This document shows positions 15,001 through 30,000 of a stretch of 64,000 bases of DNA, in pieces. Source of the stretch: the human T2T-CHM13v2.0 reference genome, Homo sapiens; the NCBI RefSeq assembly GCF_009914755.1, contig NC_060944.1; one strand, given 5' to 3'. The position numbers were made by a program, and so were the translations under genes. Numbering within the stretch: position 1 is the stretch's first letter; each line of letters opens with the position of its first letter. The notes beneath the pieces are model-generated. The model saw only the letters and a program-made list of their open reading frames with translations. It did not search any database and had not been told where the DNA came from.

Positions 15001-18000
15001 ATGGACTCGAATGGAATGCAGTGGAATGGACACGAATGGAATGGAATGGTATTTAATAGAATGGAATCAAAAGGAATGCAATGGAATGGAATTTAATGGA
15101 ATGGACTCGAATGGAAAAAATGGAAAGCACTCGAATGGAATGGATTGGATTCGAATGGAATGAAACGGACTCGAAAGGAAAGGAATGGAGTGCAACCGAA
15201 TGGAATGGAATGCTATGGAATGGAATGGACTCAAAAGGAATGGGACATAAGGGGATAGAATTAACTCGAATGGAATGGAATGTAATGGAATGAAATAAGC
15301 TCGAAAGGAATGCAATGCAATGGACTCGAATGGAATTGAATGGAACGAAATGGAATGGAAAGTAATGGAATGCAATACAATGGAATGCACTCGAATGGAA
15401 TGCAGTTGAATTGAAGGGACCAGAAAGGAATGGAAAAGAATGGAATGGAGTGGAATGGAATGGAATGCAATGCAATGGACTCTGAGGGAATGGAATGGAA
15501 TGGACTCTAATGGAATGGAATGGATGGACTCGAATTGAATGGAATGGAATCGAGTGGAAAAAAAAGAATGGACCCAAAGGGAATGGAACGGAATGGAGTG
15601 GAATGGATTGGAATGGAATGGAACACAATGGAGAGAAATGGAATGGAATTGAATGCACTCGAATGGAATAGAACGGAATGTCTCCGAATGGAATGGAAGG
15701 GAATGGAAAGGACTCGAATGGAATGCAATGAAATGGACTCGAATGGAATGCAAAGCACTTGAGAATTGAATGGAATCAAATGGAATGGATTGGAGTGGGA
15801 TGGAATGGAATGGAATGGAATGGAATGGAATGGAATGGAATGGAATGGATTGGAACGGACTCGTAAGTGATGGAATGGAATGCAAAGGAATGGAATGGAA
15901 TGAAATGGAATGGAATGAGGCCGAATGGAATGGAATGGAATTGAATGGATTTGAAAGTAATGGAATGGAATGGAATGGTTTCGAATGGAATGGAATGGAC
16001 TCGAATGGAGTGGAACAGATTGGACTCGAATGGAATGGAATGAACTCGGTTGGAATGGAATGGAATGGTATTGACTAGAGTGGAATGCCATGGAATGGAA
16101 AGAAATGGGCTCAAATGGAATGGAAAGGAATGGAATGGGCTCAAATGGAATGGAATTAGATGGAATCGAGATGAGTGGAATGGAACAGTATGGAATGGAA
16201 TGGACTAAAATGGAATGGAATGGAATTTACTCGAAAGGAATAGAAAGGAATGGACTCAAATGGAATGGAATGGAAAGGAATCGAACTGAATGGAGTGGAA
16301 AGGACTAATGGAATGGAACGGAATGGAATGGAATGGAATGGAATGGAATGGAATGGACTCAAATTGAACTGAACGTATTGGTATGGAGTGGACTCGAATT
16401 GAATGGAATGTAGTGGAAATAATTGAACTCGAATGGAATGGCATGGACTCGGAATCCAATCGATTTGAAAGAAATGGAATGAAATGGAATGGAATGGAAT
16501 GGAATCAACCCAAGTGGAAAGGAATGGAAATGAATGGAAAGGACTCGAATGAAATGGAATGCTGTGGAATGGACTCGAATGCTGTGCAATGGAAAGGAAT
16601 AGACTCGAATGGAATGGAATGGAATGAACACGAATGGAATTTAATGGAATGGAAAAGAATGGAATGGAGAGGAAAGGAATGGAATGGAATAAAATGGAAT
16701 GAAAGAGAACGGAATGAAATGGAAAGCAATGAAATGAAATGGAGAGGAATGGAATAAAATGCAAAGCAATGGAATGGAATGGAATGGAATGGAATGGAAT
16801 GGAATGGACGGGAATCGAAGGGAATGGAACGGAAAGGACTCGAATGCAATGGAATGGACTCGAATGGAATAGAATGGAATAGAATGGACTAAAATGGAAT
16901 AGAATGGAATTTACTGGATTGCAATCTACAGTAATGTACTCTAATGGAATGGAATGGAATGGACTCTAATGGAATGGAATGGAATGCAATGGACAAGAAT
17001 GGAATGGAATGGAATGGACACGAATGGAATGGATTGGAAGGGAATGGAATGGAATAGAATGGATTGGAATGGAAAGGACGTGAAAGGAAAGGAATCGAAT
17101 GGAATCGAATGGCATGGAATGGACACGAAAGGAACATAATTGAATGGAGTGGACTTGAAAGTCCTACAATGGAATTCAATGTAACAGACTCTAATGGAAT
17201 GGAAAGGAATGGACTCGAATGGAATATAATAGAAAAGGCATGAATGGAATGGAATGCAATTGGAATGGTCTCAAATGGAATGGTATGGAATGGACTCAAA
17301 TGAAATGGAATGGAATTGAATTGACTTGAAAGGTATGGAATGGAATGCATTGGAATGGACGCGAATGGAATGGACTCAAAAGGAATGGAAAGCAATGGAG
17401 TGGACTCGAATGGAATTTAATGGGACACGAATGGAATTGAATGGAATGGACACAAATGGAATGGAATGGAATGGACTCGAATTGAATTGAAAGGAATGGA
17501 TTGCACTCAATTGGAATGGAATTTAATGGATTCGAAAGGAATGGAATTGAATGGACTGGAATGGAATGGATTTTAATGGAATGGACTCAAATGCAATGGA
17601 ATGGAATGGATTCGAATGGAATGTATTGGACTCAAACGGAATGGAGTGGAATGGTCTCGAATGAAATGCAATGGAAATGAATGGAATCGAATGGAATGGA
17701 ATGGAACAGAATGGAACGAACTCGAATGGAACGGAATGTAACGGAATGAAATGGACTCGAATGGAACGGAATGGACACAAATTGATTGGAATGGAATGGA
17801 ATGGAACGGAATGGAATGGAATGGAATGGATTGGAATGCACCCGAATGGAATGCAACAGAATTGAATGGACCCGAAAGGAATAGAATGGAATGGAATGGA
17901 AAGGAATCGAATGGAATTTAATGGAATGGACTCGAATAGAATGGAATGAAATTGAATGGTCTCGAAATGAATTGAATGGAATGCAATGGAATGGACTAGA

Positions 18001-21000
18001 ATGGAATGGAATGGAATGGAACAGACACGAATTGAACAGATTAAAATTGATTGGGCTCAATTGGATTGGAATGGAATTGCATGGATTCTAATTGGAATGG
18101 AATAGAATGGACACCAATGGAATGGAATGAAATGGACTGGAGTACAATGGAAAGGAAAGGAATTGAATTGAATGGAATGGACTTGAATGCAATGGAATTT
18201 AATGGATCCAAATGAAATGGAATGGAATGAAATGGAATGGAATGGAAAGGAATGGAATGGAATGGACTCAAAAGTAATGGAATGGAATGGAATCCAAAGG
18301 AGTGGAATGGACTCGAATGTAAAGTAATGGAACTTAATGTAATGGACTCTTCTGGAGTGGACTCTTATGGAGTGAACTAGAAAGGAATTGAATGTAATGG
18401 ATTCAAATTGAATAGAATGAAATGGAATGGAATCGAATGGAATAGAATGGAATTCACTCAAATGGAAAAGATTGGAAAGGACACAAACGGAATAGAATGG
18501 ACTGGAATTGAATGGAATGGAATGGAATCAAATGGAATGCAGTGGAAAGAAATGGACTCCAATACAATGGAGTGAAATGGACTCTAGTGTAATGGAATGG
18601 AATTGAACGGACTCGAATGGATTGGAATGTATTGGAATGGAGTGGACACGAATGCAATGGAATGTAATGGAATCAAATGGTATGAAATGGAAAGGAATGC
18701 ACTCGAATGGAATGGAATGGAATGGAATGGAATGGAATGGAAAGAATGGACTTGAATGGAATGTAATGGAATGGAGTTGTATGGAATGGAATGGACTCAA
18801 ATGGATTCGAACGGAATGGAATGGAATGGAATGGAATGGAATGGAATGGAATGGAATGGAATGGAATGGATTGGACTCGAACGGAAAGGAGGGGAATGGT
18901 CTCGAATGGAATGGAATGGAAATGAATGGACTCGAATGGAATGGAAAGTAACGGAATGGAATGAACTCGAATGGAATGGAATGTAATGGAACGAAATGGA
19001 CTCGAAAGTAATGGAATGGAAAGGAATGGATTCAAATTGAATGGAATGGAATGGAATGGAATGGATTGGAATGGACACGAATGGAATACAATAGAATTGA
19101 ATGGACACAAAGAATGGAATGGAATGGAAGGGAATGGAAGGGAATCGAATGGAATTGAATGGAATGGACTCGAATACAATGGAATGGAATTGAATGGTCT
19201 CGAAATGAATGGAAAGGTATGCAATGGAATGGACCCGAATTGAATGGAATGGGATGGAACGGACTCTAGTTGAACTGCAGGGAATTGATTGGTCTCAAAT
19301 GGAATGGAATGGATTCCAATTGAATGGAATGGAGTGGAAGGGACTCGAATGGAATGGAATGAACTTGACTGCAATAGAATGGAAAGGACTCTAATGCAAT
19401 GGAATGGACTTGAATGGAATGGAATGGACTTGAATGGAATGGAATGGAGCCGAATGGAATGGAATGGAATGGAATGGAATGGAATGGAATGGAATGGAAA
19501 GGAATGGAATGGAAAGGAAGGTAATGGAATGGAATGGATTGGAATGCAATGCACTAGAATGGAATAGAATAGAATGGAATGGAAAAGACAAAAAAGTAAT
19601 GGAATGGATTTCAAATAAATGGAATGGACTCAAATGTAACGGAATGGAATTTAACGAAATGGACACTTGTGGAGTGGGATGGAATGGACTCGAATGGAAT
19701 GGGTTTCAATGGAATGGACTAGAAAAGAATGGAATGGAATGGTTTCAAATTGAATAGAACGGAATCGAATGGACTAGAATGGAATGCAATGGAATGGAAT
19801 GGACTCGAAAGGAAAAGAATGTAAAGGACTCAAATGGAATAGATTAGACTAGAATTGAGTAGAATGGAATGGAATGGAATGGAATTGACACCAATGGAAT
19901 GGAGTAAAATGGACTCGAATGGAATGGAATGGAATTGAAGGGACTCGAATGGATTGGAATGTGTTGGAATGGAGTGGACACGAATGGAATGGAATATAAA
20001 GGAATCAAATGGAATGGAATGGATTGGAATGGAAAGGAATGCACTCGAATGGAATGGAATGGAATGGAATGGAATATAATGGAATGGAAAGAATGCACTT
20101 TAATGGAATGGAATGGAATGGACTCGAATGGAACGAAAGGAATGGCCTCGAATGGACTCGAACGTAATGGAATGGGATGGAATGGACTGGAATGGAATGG
20201 TATGGAACGGAATGAACTCGAATGGAATAGAATGGAAGGGACTCAAATGGAATGGTGAGGAAAGGAGTGGACTCGAATGGAATAGAGTGGAATGGAATCA
20301 AACGGAATGGAATAGAATTGAATGGAGATGAATGGAATGGAATTGAATGGAATAGAATGCTCTCCAATGGAATGGAAAGGAACGGAATGAAATTTACTCA
20401 AATGAAGTGGAATGGAATGGAATGGAATCGAAAGAATGGAATGGAATGGAATGGAATGGAATGGAATGGAATGGAATGGATTCTAATGGAATGCAACTGA
20501 ACTGAATGGACGCGAAAGGAATGGAAATGAATGGAATGGAATTGAATAGACTAGAATGGATTGGAATGGAATGGAATGGAATTGACTCGAGTGGAATGGA
20601 AAACAATGGATATTAATGAAATGCAATGGAAAGGAATGGTCTCGAATGGAATGGAATGGAATGGAATGGACCTGAATGGAGTGGAATGGAATATAATGGA
20701 ATGGAATGGATATTAATGGAGTGGAAACGAATTGATTCGAATGAAGTGGAATATAACGGAATGGAATGGAATGGAATGGAATGGAATGGACTCGAATGGA
20801 ATGGAATGGAATGGAATGCACTCGAATGGAATAGAATGGACTCAAATGGAATGGATTGGAATGGACCCAAATGGAATAGAATGGACTGGAATGTAATGGA
20901 ATGGAAGACACCAAATGGAATGGGATGGGATGGAATGGAATGGAATGGAAAGGAGAGGAATGGAATGGAACCGACTCGAATGGAATGGAATGGAATGGAC

Positions 21001-24000
21001 TCGAATGGAATGGAAAGGAATGGAATGGACTCGAATTAAATGGAAAGGAATGGAATGGATTTGAGTGGAATAGAGTGGAATGGACTCGAATGGAATAGAA
21101 TGCACTTGAATGCAATGGAATGGAATGGAATGGACCCGAATGAAATGGAAAGGAATGGAATGGATTTGAATGGAATAGAACGAACTTGAATGGAATGGAA
21201 AGGAATGGAATGGAAAGGATTTGAAAGGAACAGAATGGAATGAACTTCAAAGGAATGGAATGGACTCGCATGCAATGGAATGGAATCTAATGGAATGGAC
21301 ACTTATGGAGCGGAATGGAATGGACTCGAATGGAATGGGTTTGAGTGGAAAGGACTAGAAAGTAATGGAATGGAATGGATTCAAATGGAATAGAATGGAA
21401 TGGAATGGACTTGAATGGAATGGAATGGAATGGATACGAATAGAATTGAATGGACTCCAGTAGAATGGAATTGAATGTAATGGACTCGAATAAAATATAA
21501 TGGAATGGAATGGAATGGACTCGAATGGAATAGAATGGAAAGGATTCGAATGGAATAGACTGGACTCGAATTGAATAGAATGGAATGCACTCAAATGGAA
21601 TGGAGTGGAATGGAATCGAGTCGAATGGAATGGAGAGAAACAGACTCGAATGGAATGGAAAGGAATTGAATGGACTCGAATGGACTGGAATGTGTTGGAG
21701 TGGAATGGACACAAATGTAATGGAATGTAATGGAATCAAATGGAACGGAATGGAGTGGAATGGAAAAGAATACACTCGAATGCAATGGAATAGAATGGAC
21801 TCGAATGGAATGGAATGGAATGGACTCGAACGAAAAGCAATTTATTTGAATGGACTCAAAAGGAATGGAACCGAATGAAATGGAAAGGAATGGAATGGAA
21901 TGGAATTAAATGGAACGGACTCAAATGGAATGGAGTGAACTTGATTGGAATAGAATGGAATGGACTGGACTGGAATGGAATGGAATGGAATGCAATGGAA
22001 TGGACTCAAATAGTATTGGATGGAATTGAATGCACTCGAATGGAATGGAATGGAATGGACGAGAACGGAATGGAATGGAATGGAATGGAAGGGACTAGAA
22101 AGGAATAGAATGGAATGCAATGGAATGGACTGGTATGGAATAGAATGGAATGGACTCGAATGTAATGGAATGGAATAGACTCGAAAGGAATGAGATGGAA
22201 TTGAATGGACTCAAACGGAATGGAATGGAAAAGACTCGAATGTAACAGGTTGGAATGGAATGGACTCGAATGGAAAGGAATGCAATGGACTCGAATGGAA
22301 TGGAATGGAATGGACTCGGATGGACTCGAACGAACTGGAATGGGATGGAAAGGAAGCGAATGGAATGGAATGGAATGGAAAGAATTCGAATGGAATACAA
22401 TGGAGTGGATGGAGAGGGAATGAGTGGTATCAAATGAAATGGAGTGGAATGGAAGAAAATGGAATGGAATAGAATTGAATGGAGATGAATGGAGTGGAAT
22501 ATAACGGAAAAGAATGGACTGGAATGGAATGGAATGAAATGGAATGAAATTTACCCAAACGGAGTGGAATGGAATGGAACGGACTCGAAAGGAATGGAAT
22601 GGAGTGGAATGGAATGGAATGCATTCTAATGAAATGCAACTGAATTGAATGGACTCTAAAGAAATGGAAAGGAATGGAATGGAATGCAATTGACTCGAAT
22701 GAATTGGAATGGAATGGAATGAAATGGAATGGAATGGAATGGATTGAATGGAATGGAATTGAGAGGAGTGGAATTGAATGGGTTTGAATGGATTGGACTC
22801 AAATGGAATGGAATAGAAAAGAATGGATTCAAATGGAATAGCATGGAATTGAATGGACTCGAATGCAATGGAATGGACTGGACTCAAATGGAAAGGAATG
22901 GACTCGAATGGCATGGAGTGGGATGTACTCGAATGGAATGGAAAGGATTTGAATTGAATAGAATGAAATGGAACATAACGGAATGGAATGAACTACAATG
23001 GTATGGAATGTAAAGGAAAGAAAAGAACTAGAAAGGAATGGAATGGAAAGGATTGGAATGGAATGGAATGGAGCAGAATGGAACGGATTGGAATGGAATG
23101 GAAAGGAATGGACTCAAATGGGGTGGCATGGAATGGAATGAAATCTAAAGGAATGGAATGTTATGGACACGAATGGAATGGAATGGACTCGAATGAAATG
23201 GATTGGAATGGAATGGAATGGAATGTACTCGCATGGAATAGAATGGAATGGAATGGACTCGAAAGGAATGGAATGGAATGGACACGAATTGAAAGGAATT
23301 TAACGGAATGGAATGGAATGGAATGGAATGGAATGGAATGGAATGGAATGGAAAGCAATAGAATGGAAAAGAGTAGCAAGGAAAGGAATGGACTTTAATG
23401 GAATAGAATGGAATGGAATGGAACGGACTCGAATGAAATGGAAAGGAATTGACGTGAATGGAATGGAATTGAGTCAAAAGGAATTTAATGTAATTGAATG
23501 GACTCGAATGGAATGGAATCAAGTGGAATGGAATGGAATGGACTTGAATGAATTGAATCGAATGGAATGGACTCGAATTAAATAGAATGGAATGGAATAT
23601 ACTCGAATGGAATGGACACGAATGGAATGGAATGGAGTGGAATGCACTGGAATGGAATGGAGTGCAATGGAATGGAATTTACTTCAATTTAATAGAAGGG
23701 AATGGAATGGAATTGACTCGAATAAAATGGAATGGAATGGACTCGAATGGAATGGAATGGACAAGAATGGAAAGGAATGCAATGGACTCGAATGGAATGG
23801 AATGGAATGGAATGGATGCGACTGGAATGGAATGAAATGGAATGGACTCGAATAGAATAGAGTAGACTGGATTTGAATGAAATAGAATGGAATTGAATGG
23901 ACTCACGTCAAACAGAGTGTTATGCTATGGAACGGACTCGAATGTAATGTAATGTAATGAAATGAAAGGGATTCGAGTGGAATGGAATGGACTCGAATGG

Positions 24001-27000
24001 AATACAATGGAATGGACTGTATACGAATGGACTCAAATCGTATGGAATGGAAATAAATGGACTTTAAAAGAATGGAATGGAATGGAATAGAATGGAATGG
24101 AATGGACTCTAATGGAATGGAATGGAATGGAATGGACTCCAAAGGAAAACAACGGACTAGAATGGAATGGAATGGAATGGAAATTACTCGAGTGGAATGG
24201 CATGGAATTGAATGGACTCAAATGGAATGGAGTGGACTCGAATGGAATGGAAAGGATTGGACCCAATTGGAATGGAATGGAATGGAATAGAATCGTATGG
24301 ACTCGAATGGAGTGGAATGTTATGGAATGGAATGGGCTTGAATGGAATAGAATGGAATGGAAAGGAACGGATTTCAAATGAATAGTATGGAATGGAAATG
24401 AATGGAATTGAATGAACATGAAAGGAACGGAATGGAATGGAATGGACTCGAATTTAATAAAATGCAACTTAAAGGTAAGGATCCTACTGGAATGGAATGG
24501 AATGCACTCAAATGGAATAGAATGGAATAGACTCGAATGGAATGGAAGGGAATGGACTCAAAATGAAAGGAATGGACACTAATGGAACAGAATGGAATGG
24601 AATGGAATTGACTCGAATGGAAATGAATGGAATGGACACGAGTGGAATGCAATGGAATGGACTCGAATGGAATGGAATGGAATGGAATGGACACAAATGG
24701 AATGGAATGGACTCGAGTGGAATGGAACGTAATGGAGTGAAATGGACTTGAATGGAATGGAATGGAATGGAATGGAATGGAATGGAATGGAATGGAATGG
24801 AATGGAATGTAGTGGACTCAAATGGAATGGAATGCAATGGAATGGACTCGAAAGGAATGGAATGGTATTGAGTGGACTCGAAAGCAATGGAATGGAATTG
24901 ACTTGAAATGAATGGAATGCACTCGAAAGAAATGGAATGAAACGGACTCGATTGCAACAGAATGGACTCGAATTCAATGGACTTTAATGATATGGAGTCG
25001 AATGAAATGGACTAAATAGGAATGGAATTGAATGGAATGGAATCGAATGGAATGAAAACGAATGTAATGTGTTCGGATGGAATGGAATCGAATGGAATGG
25101 TATGCAATGGAATGCAATCAAATGGAATGGAATTGAATAGAAAGGAATCAAATGGATTGGAATTGAATGCAAAGGAATCAAACGAAAAACACTGGAATGG
25201 AAATGAATCGAATGGAATGGAAAGGACTAGAACGGTTTCAAATGTAAAAGAGTCGAATGGAATGGAATCGAATGGAATGAAATCAAAAGGAATGGACTTG
25301 AATGGAAAGGAATGAAATGGCATGGAAGGGAATTGAGTCGAATGGAATGGAATGGAATGGAATGGAATGGAATGGAAGGGAATGATATTGAATCGAGTGG
25401 AATGGAATGGAATCACATGGAATAGAATCAAAAGCAATGGAAAGGAATGGAATCGACTTGAATGGAATGAAATCAAATGGAATGGAATCAAATGGAATGC
25501 GATAGAATAGAATGTAATGGAATGGAATAGAATTGAATGGAATGGAATGAAATGCAATGGAATCGAACGGAATGGATTGTACTCCAATGTAAAGGACTGG
25601 AATGGAATGGACTTGAATGGAATGGACTCGAATGGAAAGGATTCGAATGGAATGGGCCCGAATGCAGTGGATTCAAATGGAATGGTCTTGAAAGGAATGC
25701 TATAGAGTGGAATAGAATCAAATGCAATGGAATATAAATGAAATGGACTGTAATTGAAGGGACTCAAAAAAATGGACTAGAAAAGAATGGACTCGAATGG
25801 AATTGAACACAATGGAATGGAATGGAATGGCATAAAATGGAATATACTCGAATGTATAGGAGTGGAATTGAATGGAATAAAATGGAATGTACTTGAATGT
25901 ATAGGAGTGGAATGTAATGGATGTGAATGCAATCAACCCGAATGGAAAGCTATCGAATCCAATGGAATGGACTGGAATGGAAAGCAAAGGAATTGATTGG
26001 ACTCGAATGGAATGGACTGGAATGATATAGACTCAAAAGTTTTGTACTCGAAAGGAATGGAATCAAAAGGAATGGAATCCAATGGAATGGAAACTTATGT
26101 AAGGTATTCGAATCGAATGAAATGGAATCGAATTGAAGGGGTATGAATGGAATGGAATGGAATCGAATCGAATCGAATTTAATGGAATTGAATAGGAAAG
26201 AATCAAATGGAATGGAATCAACCCGAGTGGAATGGAATGGAATGGAAAGGAATGGAATGGAATGGAATGGAATGGAATGGAATGGAATGGAATGGAATGG
26301 AATGGACTCCAGTGGAAAAGACTGGAATGGAACGGTTTCGAATGAAATTGAATCGAATGAAATGGAATGGAATGCAATGGAATCAAATGGAATGGACTTG
26401 AATGGAATGGAATGGAATGGAATGGAATGGAATGGAATGGAATGGAAAGGAACAGAATCAAATTGAATCGAATGGAATGGAAGGGAATGGAATTGAATCA
26501 CATGGAATTGAACGGAATCAAATGGAATATCATCAAATGGAATGGAAAGGAAAGTAATGGAATGGAATAGAAAGGAATGAAATCCAATGCAATGGCATGA
26601 AATGGAATGGAATCAAATGGAAAGGGAAAGAATGGAATGAAATGGAATGGAATGGAATGGAAAGGAAAGGAATCATATGGATTAGATTCGAAAGGAATTG
26701 AAAGGAATGGAATGGAATGGAATGGAATGGAATGGAATGGAATGGAATGGAATCAAATGGAATCGAATGGATGGAAATTGAATGGAATGGCTTCAAATGG
26801 AATGGGAAAAAATGGAATTGGAAAAAATGGAATGGAACGGAATGGAATGGAATGCTATGGAATGGACTCGAATGTAAAGGACTGGAAAGGAATGGACTCG
26901 AATTGTAAAGACACAAATGGAATGGAAACTATTGGAGTGGAATCAAAAAGACTGGAATCGAATGGAAAGGGATTGAATGGAATTGAATGGAATGGAAAGG

Positions 27001-30000
27001 ATTGGAATAGAATGGAATGGAAAGGAATGGAATGGAATGGAATGGAATGGAATGGAATGGAATGGAATGGAATGAAATGGAATGGAATGGAATGGAATGG
27101 AATGGAATGGAATAGAATGGAATGTGCTCGAATAAAAAGACTAGAATGCAATGGACTTGAATGGAATGGACTCGAATGGAAAAGATTTAAAAGGAATTAA
27201 CACAAATGGAATGGATTCAAACGAAATGTCTCGAAAGGAATGCTATCGTGTGGAATGGAATCAAATAGGATGGAATTCAATGGAATGGACTGTAACTGAA
27301 TGGACTCAAAAGGAATGGACTCGAATGGAGTGGACTCAAATGGAACGGAAGTGAATGGAAAGGAATCGAATAGAATATACTCGAATATAAGGAGGGGAAT
27401 GAAATGGACTTAAGTGGAATTGACTTGAATGGAATGAAATTGAATAAAGTGGAATGGAAATGAATGGAAAGGAATGGAATGGAATGGAATGGACTGTAAT
27501 GCAATGGACTCGAATGTAAAGGGCTGGAATGGAAAGGACTCAAATGGAATGGAATCGAATGGAATGGACTCAAATGCGTCCATTTGAGGAATCGAATGGC
27601 ATGGAATCGAATAGAATGGAACCGACTGGAATGGAATGGAATGGAAAGGAAGGGAATGGAAAGGGATCTAATGTAATGGCATGGAATGGAATGGAGTGGA
27701 ATGGAAAGAATGGAATGGAATGGAATGGAATGGAATAGAATTGAATGGAATGGAATGTACTCGAATGTAAAGGACTGGAATGGAATGGACTTGAATGGAA
27801 TGGACTTGAATGGAAAGGATTTTAATGCAGTGGACTAGAATGGAATGGATTCAAATCGAATGGTATTGAATGGAATGCTATACAGTGTAATGGAATCAAA
27901 TGGGATAGAATCAAATGGACTGCACTGTAATAGAATGGATTCGAAAGGAATGGACTCGAATGGAATGGACTCCAGTGGAGTTGGAAAGGAATGTAATGTA
28001 ATGGAATGGAATGAACTCGAATGTTAAGGACTGGAATGGAGTGGACTGGAATGGAATTGACTCGAATGGAACGCAATCAAATGGAATGGAATGGAAAGGA
28101 ATGGAATGGAATGGACTGTAATGGAATGGAATAGAAAGGATTGTACTACAATGGAATGGACTCGAATAGAATGGAATCAAATGGAATGGATTCGAATATA
28201 ATGGAATGGAATGGAATGGAATGATACGGAATGAAATGGAATGGACTCAAAAGGAATGGACTGGAATAACATGGACTCGAACGTAATGGACTCAAAAAAA
28301 ATGGAATTAAATGAAAAGAAATCGAATGCAATGGAATTGAATGCAATGGACTGGAATGGAATAGACTTGAATAGAATGCAATCAAATAGAATGGAAACGA
28401 ATAGAACGGATACGAATGGAATGGAAAGGAATCAAATGAAATGGAATCAATTAGAATGGAATGGGATGGAATGGAATGGAATGGAATGGAATGCAATGGA
28501 ATGGACTCAAATGTAAAGGATTGGAATGGAAAGGACTCGAATGGAAAGCACTCGAATGGAATGGACTCATATTGAAAGGAATCAAATGGAATGGAATGCA
28601 CTCGAATGTAAAGGACTGCAATGGAATAAACTCGAATCGAATGTACTCGAATGGAAATGATGTGCATGGAATGGAGTCGAATGGAATGGGTTCAAATGGA
28701 GTGGTCTCAAAAGGAATGCTATCGTGTGGAATGGAATCAAGTTGGATGGAATCGAAGGAAAGGACTGTAAAGGAAATGAGTCAAAAGGAATGTAGTCGAA
28801 TGGAATGGACTTCAATGGAATGGAACAGAATGCAGTGGAATGGAATGGAATGTATTCGAATGTAAAGGACTGCAATGTAATTGACTTGAATGGAATTGAC
28901 TCAAATGGAATGCAATGGAATGGAATGGAATGGAAAGGAGTGGAATAGAATCAAATAGGAATGGAATGGAATTGAATGGAATTGACTCTAATGGAATTGA
29001 TTCGAAAGGAGTGGACTCGAATGGAATGGACTCGAAAGGAATGCAATTGAATGCAATGGAAATGAATGGAATGGAGTAGAATGCTATGGACGAAAAATGA
29101 ATGGAACGGAATGAAGTGGACTCGAATGGAATGGACTGGAATGATAAGCACTCGAATGGAATGTACTTGAATGGAATGGAGTTGAATAAAATCAAATGGA
29201 ATGCAATAGAATGAAATCGAATGGAATGGAATTGAATAGAATAGAATCAAATGGAAAGGAATAAAATGCAATGGAATCGAATGGAATGGAATGGAATGGA
29301 ATAGAATGTAATCGAAAGGAATTGAATCGAATGGAATGGATTCGAATGGAATGGAATAGTATCGAACGGAATGGAATCAAGTGGAATGGAATGGGATGGA
29401 ATGGACTGGAATGAAATGGAATGGAATGGACTCGAATGTAAAGGGCTGGAATGGTAAGAACTCGAATGGAATGGACTCGAATGGAATGGACTTGAATGTA
29501 AAAGCCTGGAATGGAAAGGACTCGAATGGAATGAACTCGAAAGTAATGGACTCAAATGGAATGAAATCGAATGGAATGGAATCGAATGGAATGGAATTGA
29601 ATGGAAGGGAATGGGATTGAATGGAATGGCATAGAAGGTAATGGAGTGGAACGGAATGGTATTTAATGGAATGGAATGGAATCGAATTGAATGGAATGGA
29701 ATGGACACGAATGAAAGACTGGAATAGAAAACACTTGAACAGAATGGACTTGAATGTAAATGATTCAAATGCAAGGGACTCGAAAGGAATGGATTCAAAT
29801 GGAATGGTCTCGAATGGAATGCTGTAGTGTGGAATGGAATCAAATAGGATGGAATAGAATGGAATGGACTCTAATGGAATGCAGTCGAAAGGAATTGACA
29901 TGAATGGAATAGACTCGATTGGAATGGAATGGAATGGAATGGAATGTACTATAATATAAAGGACTGGAATGGAATGGAGTTGAATGGAATTGACTCAAAT

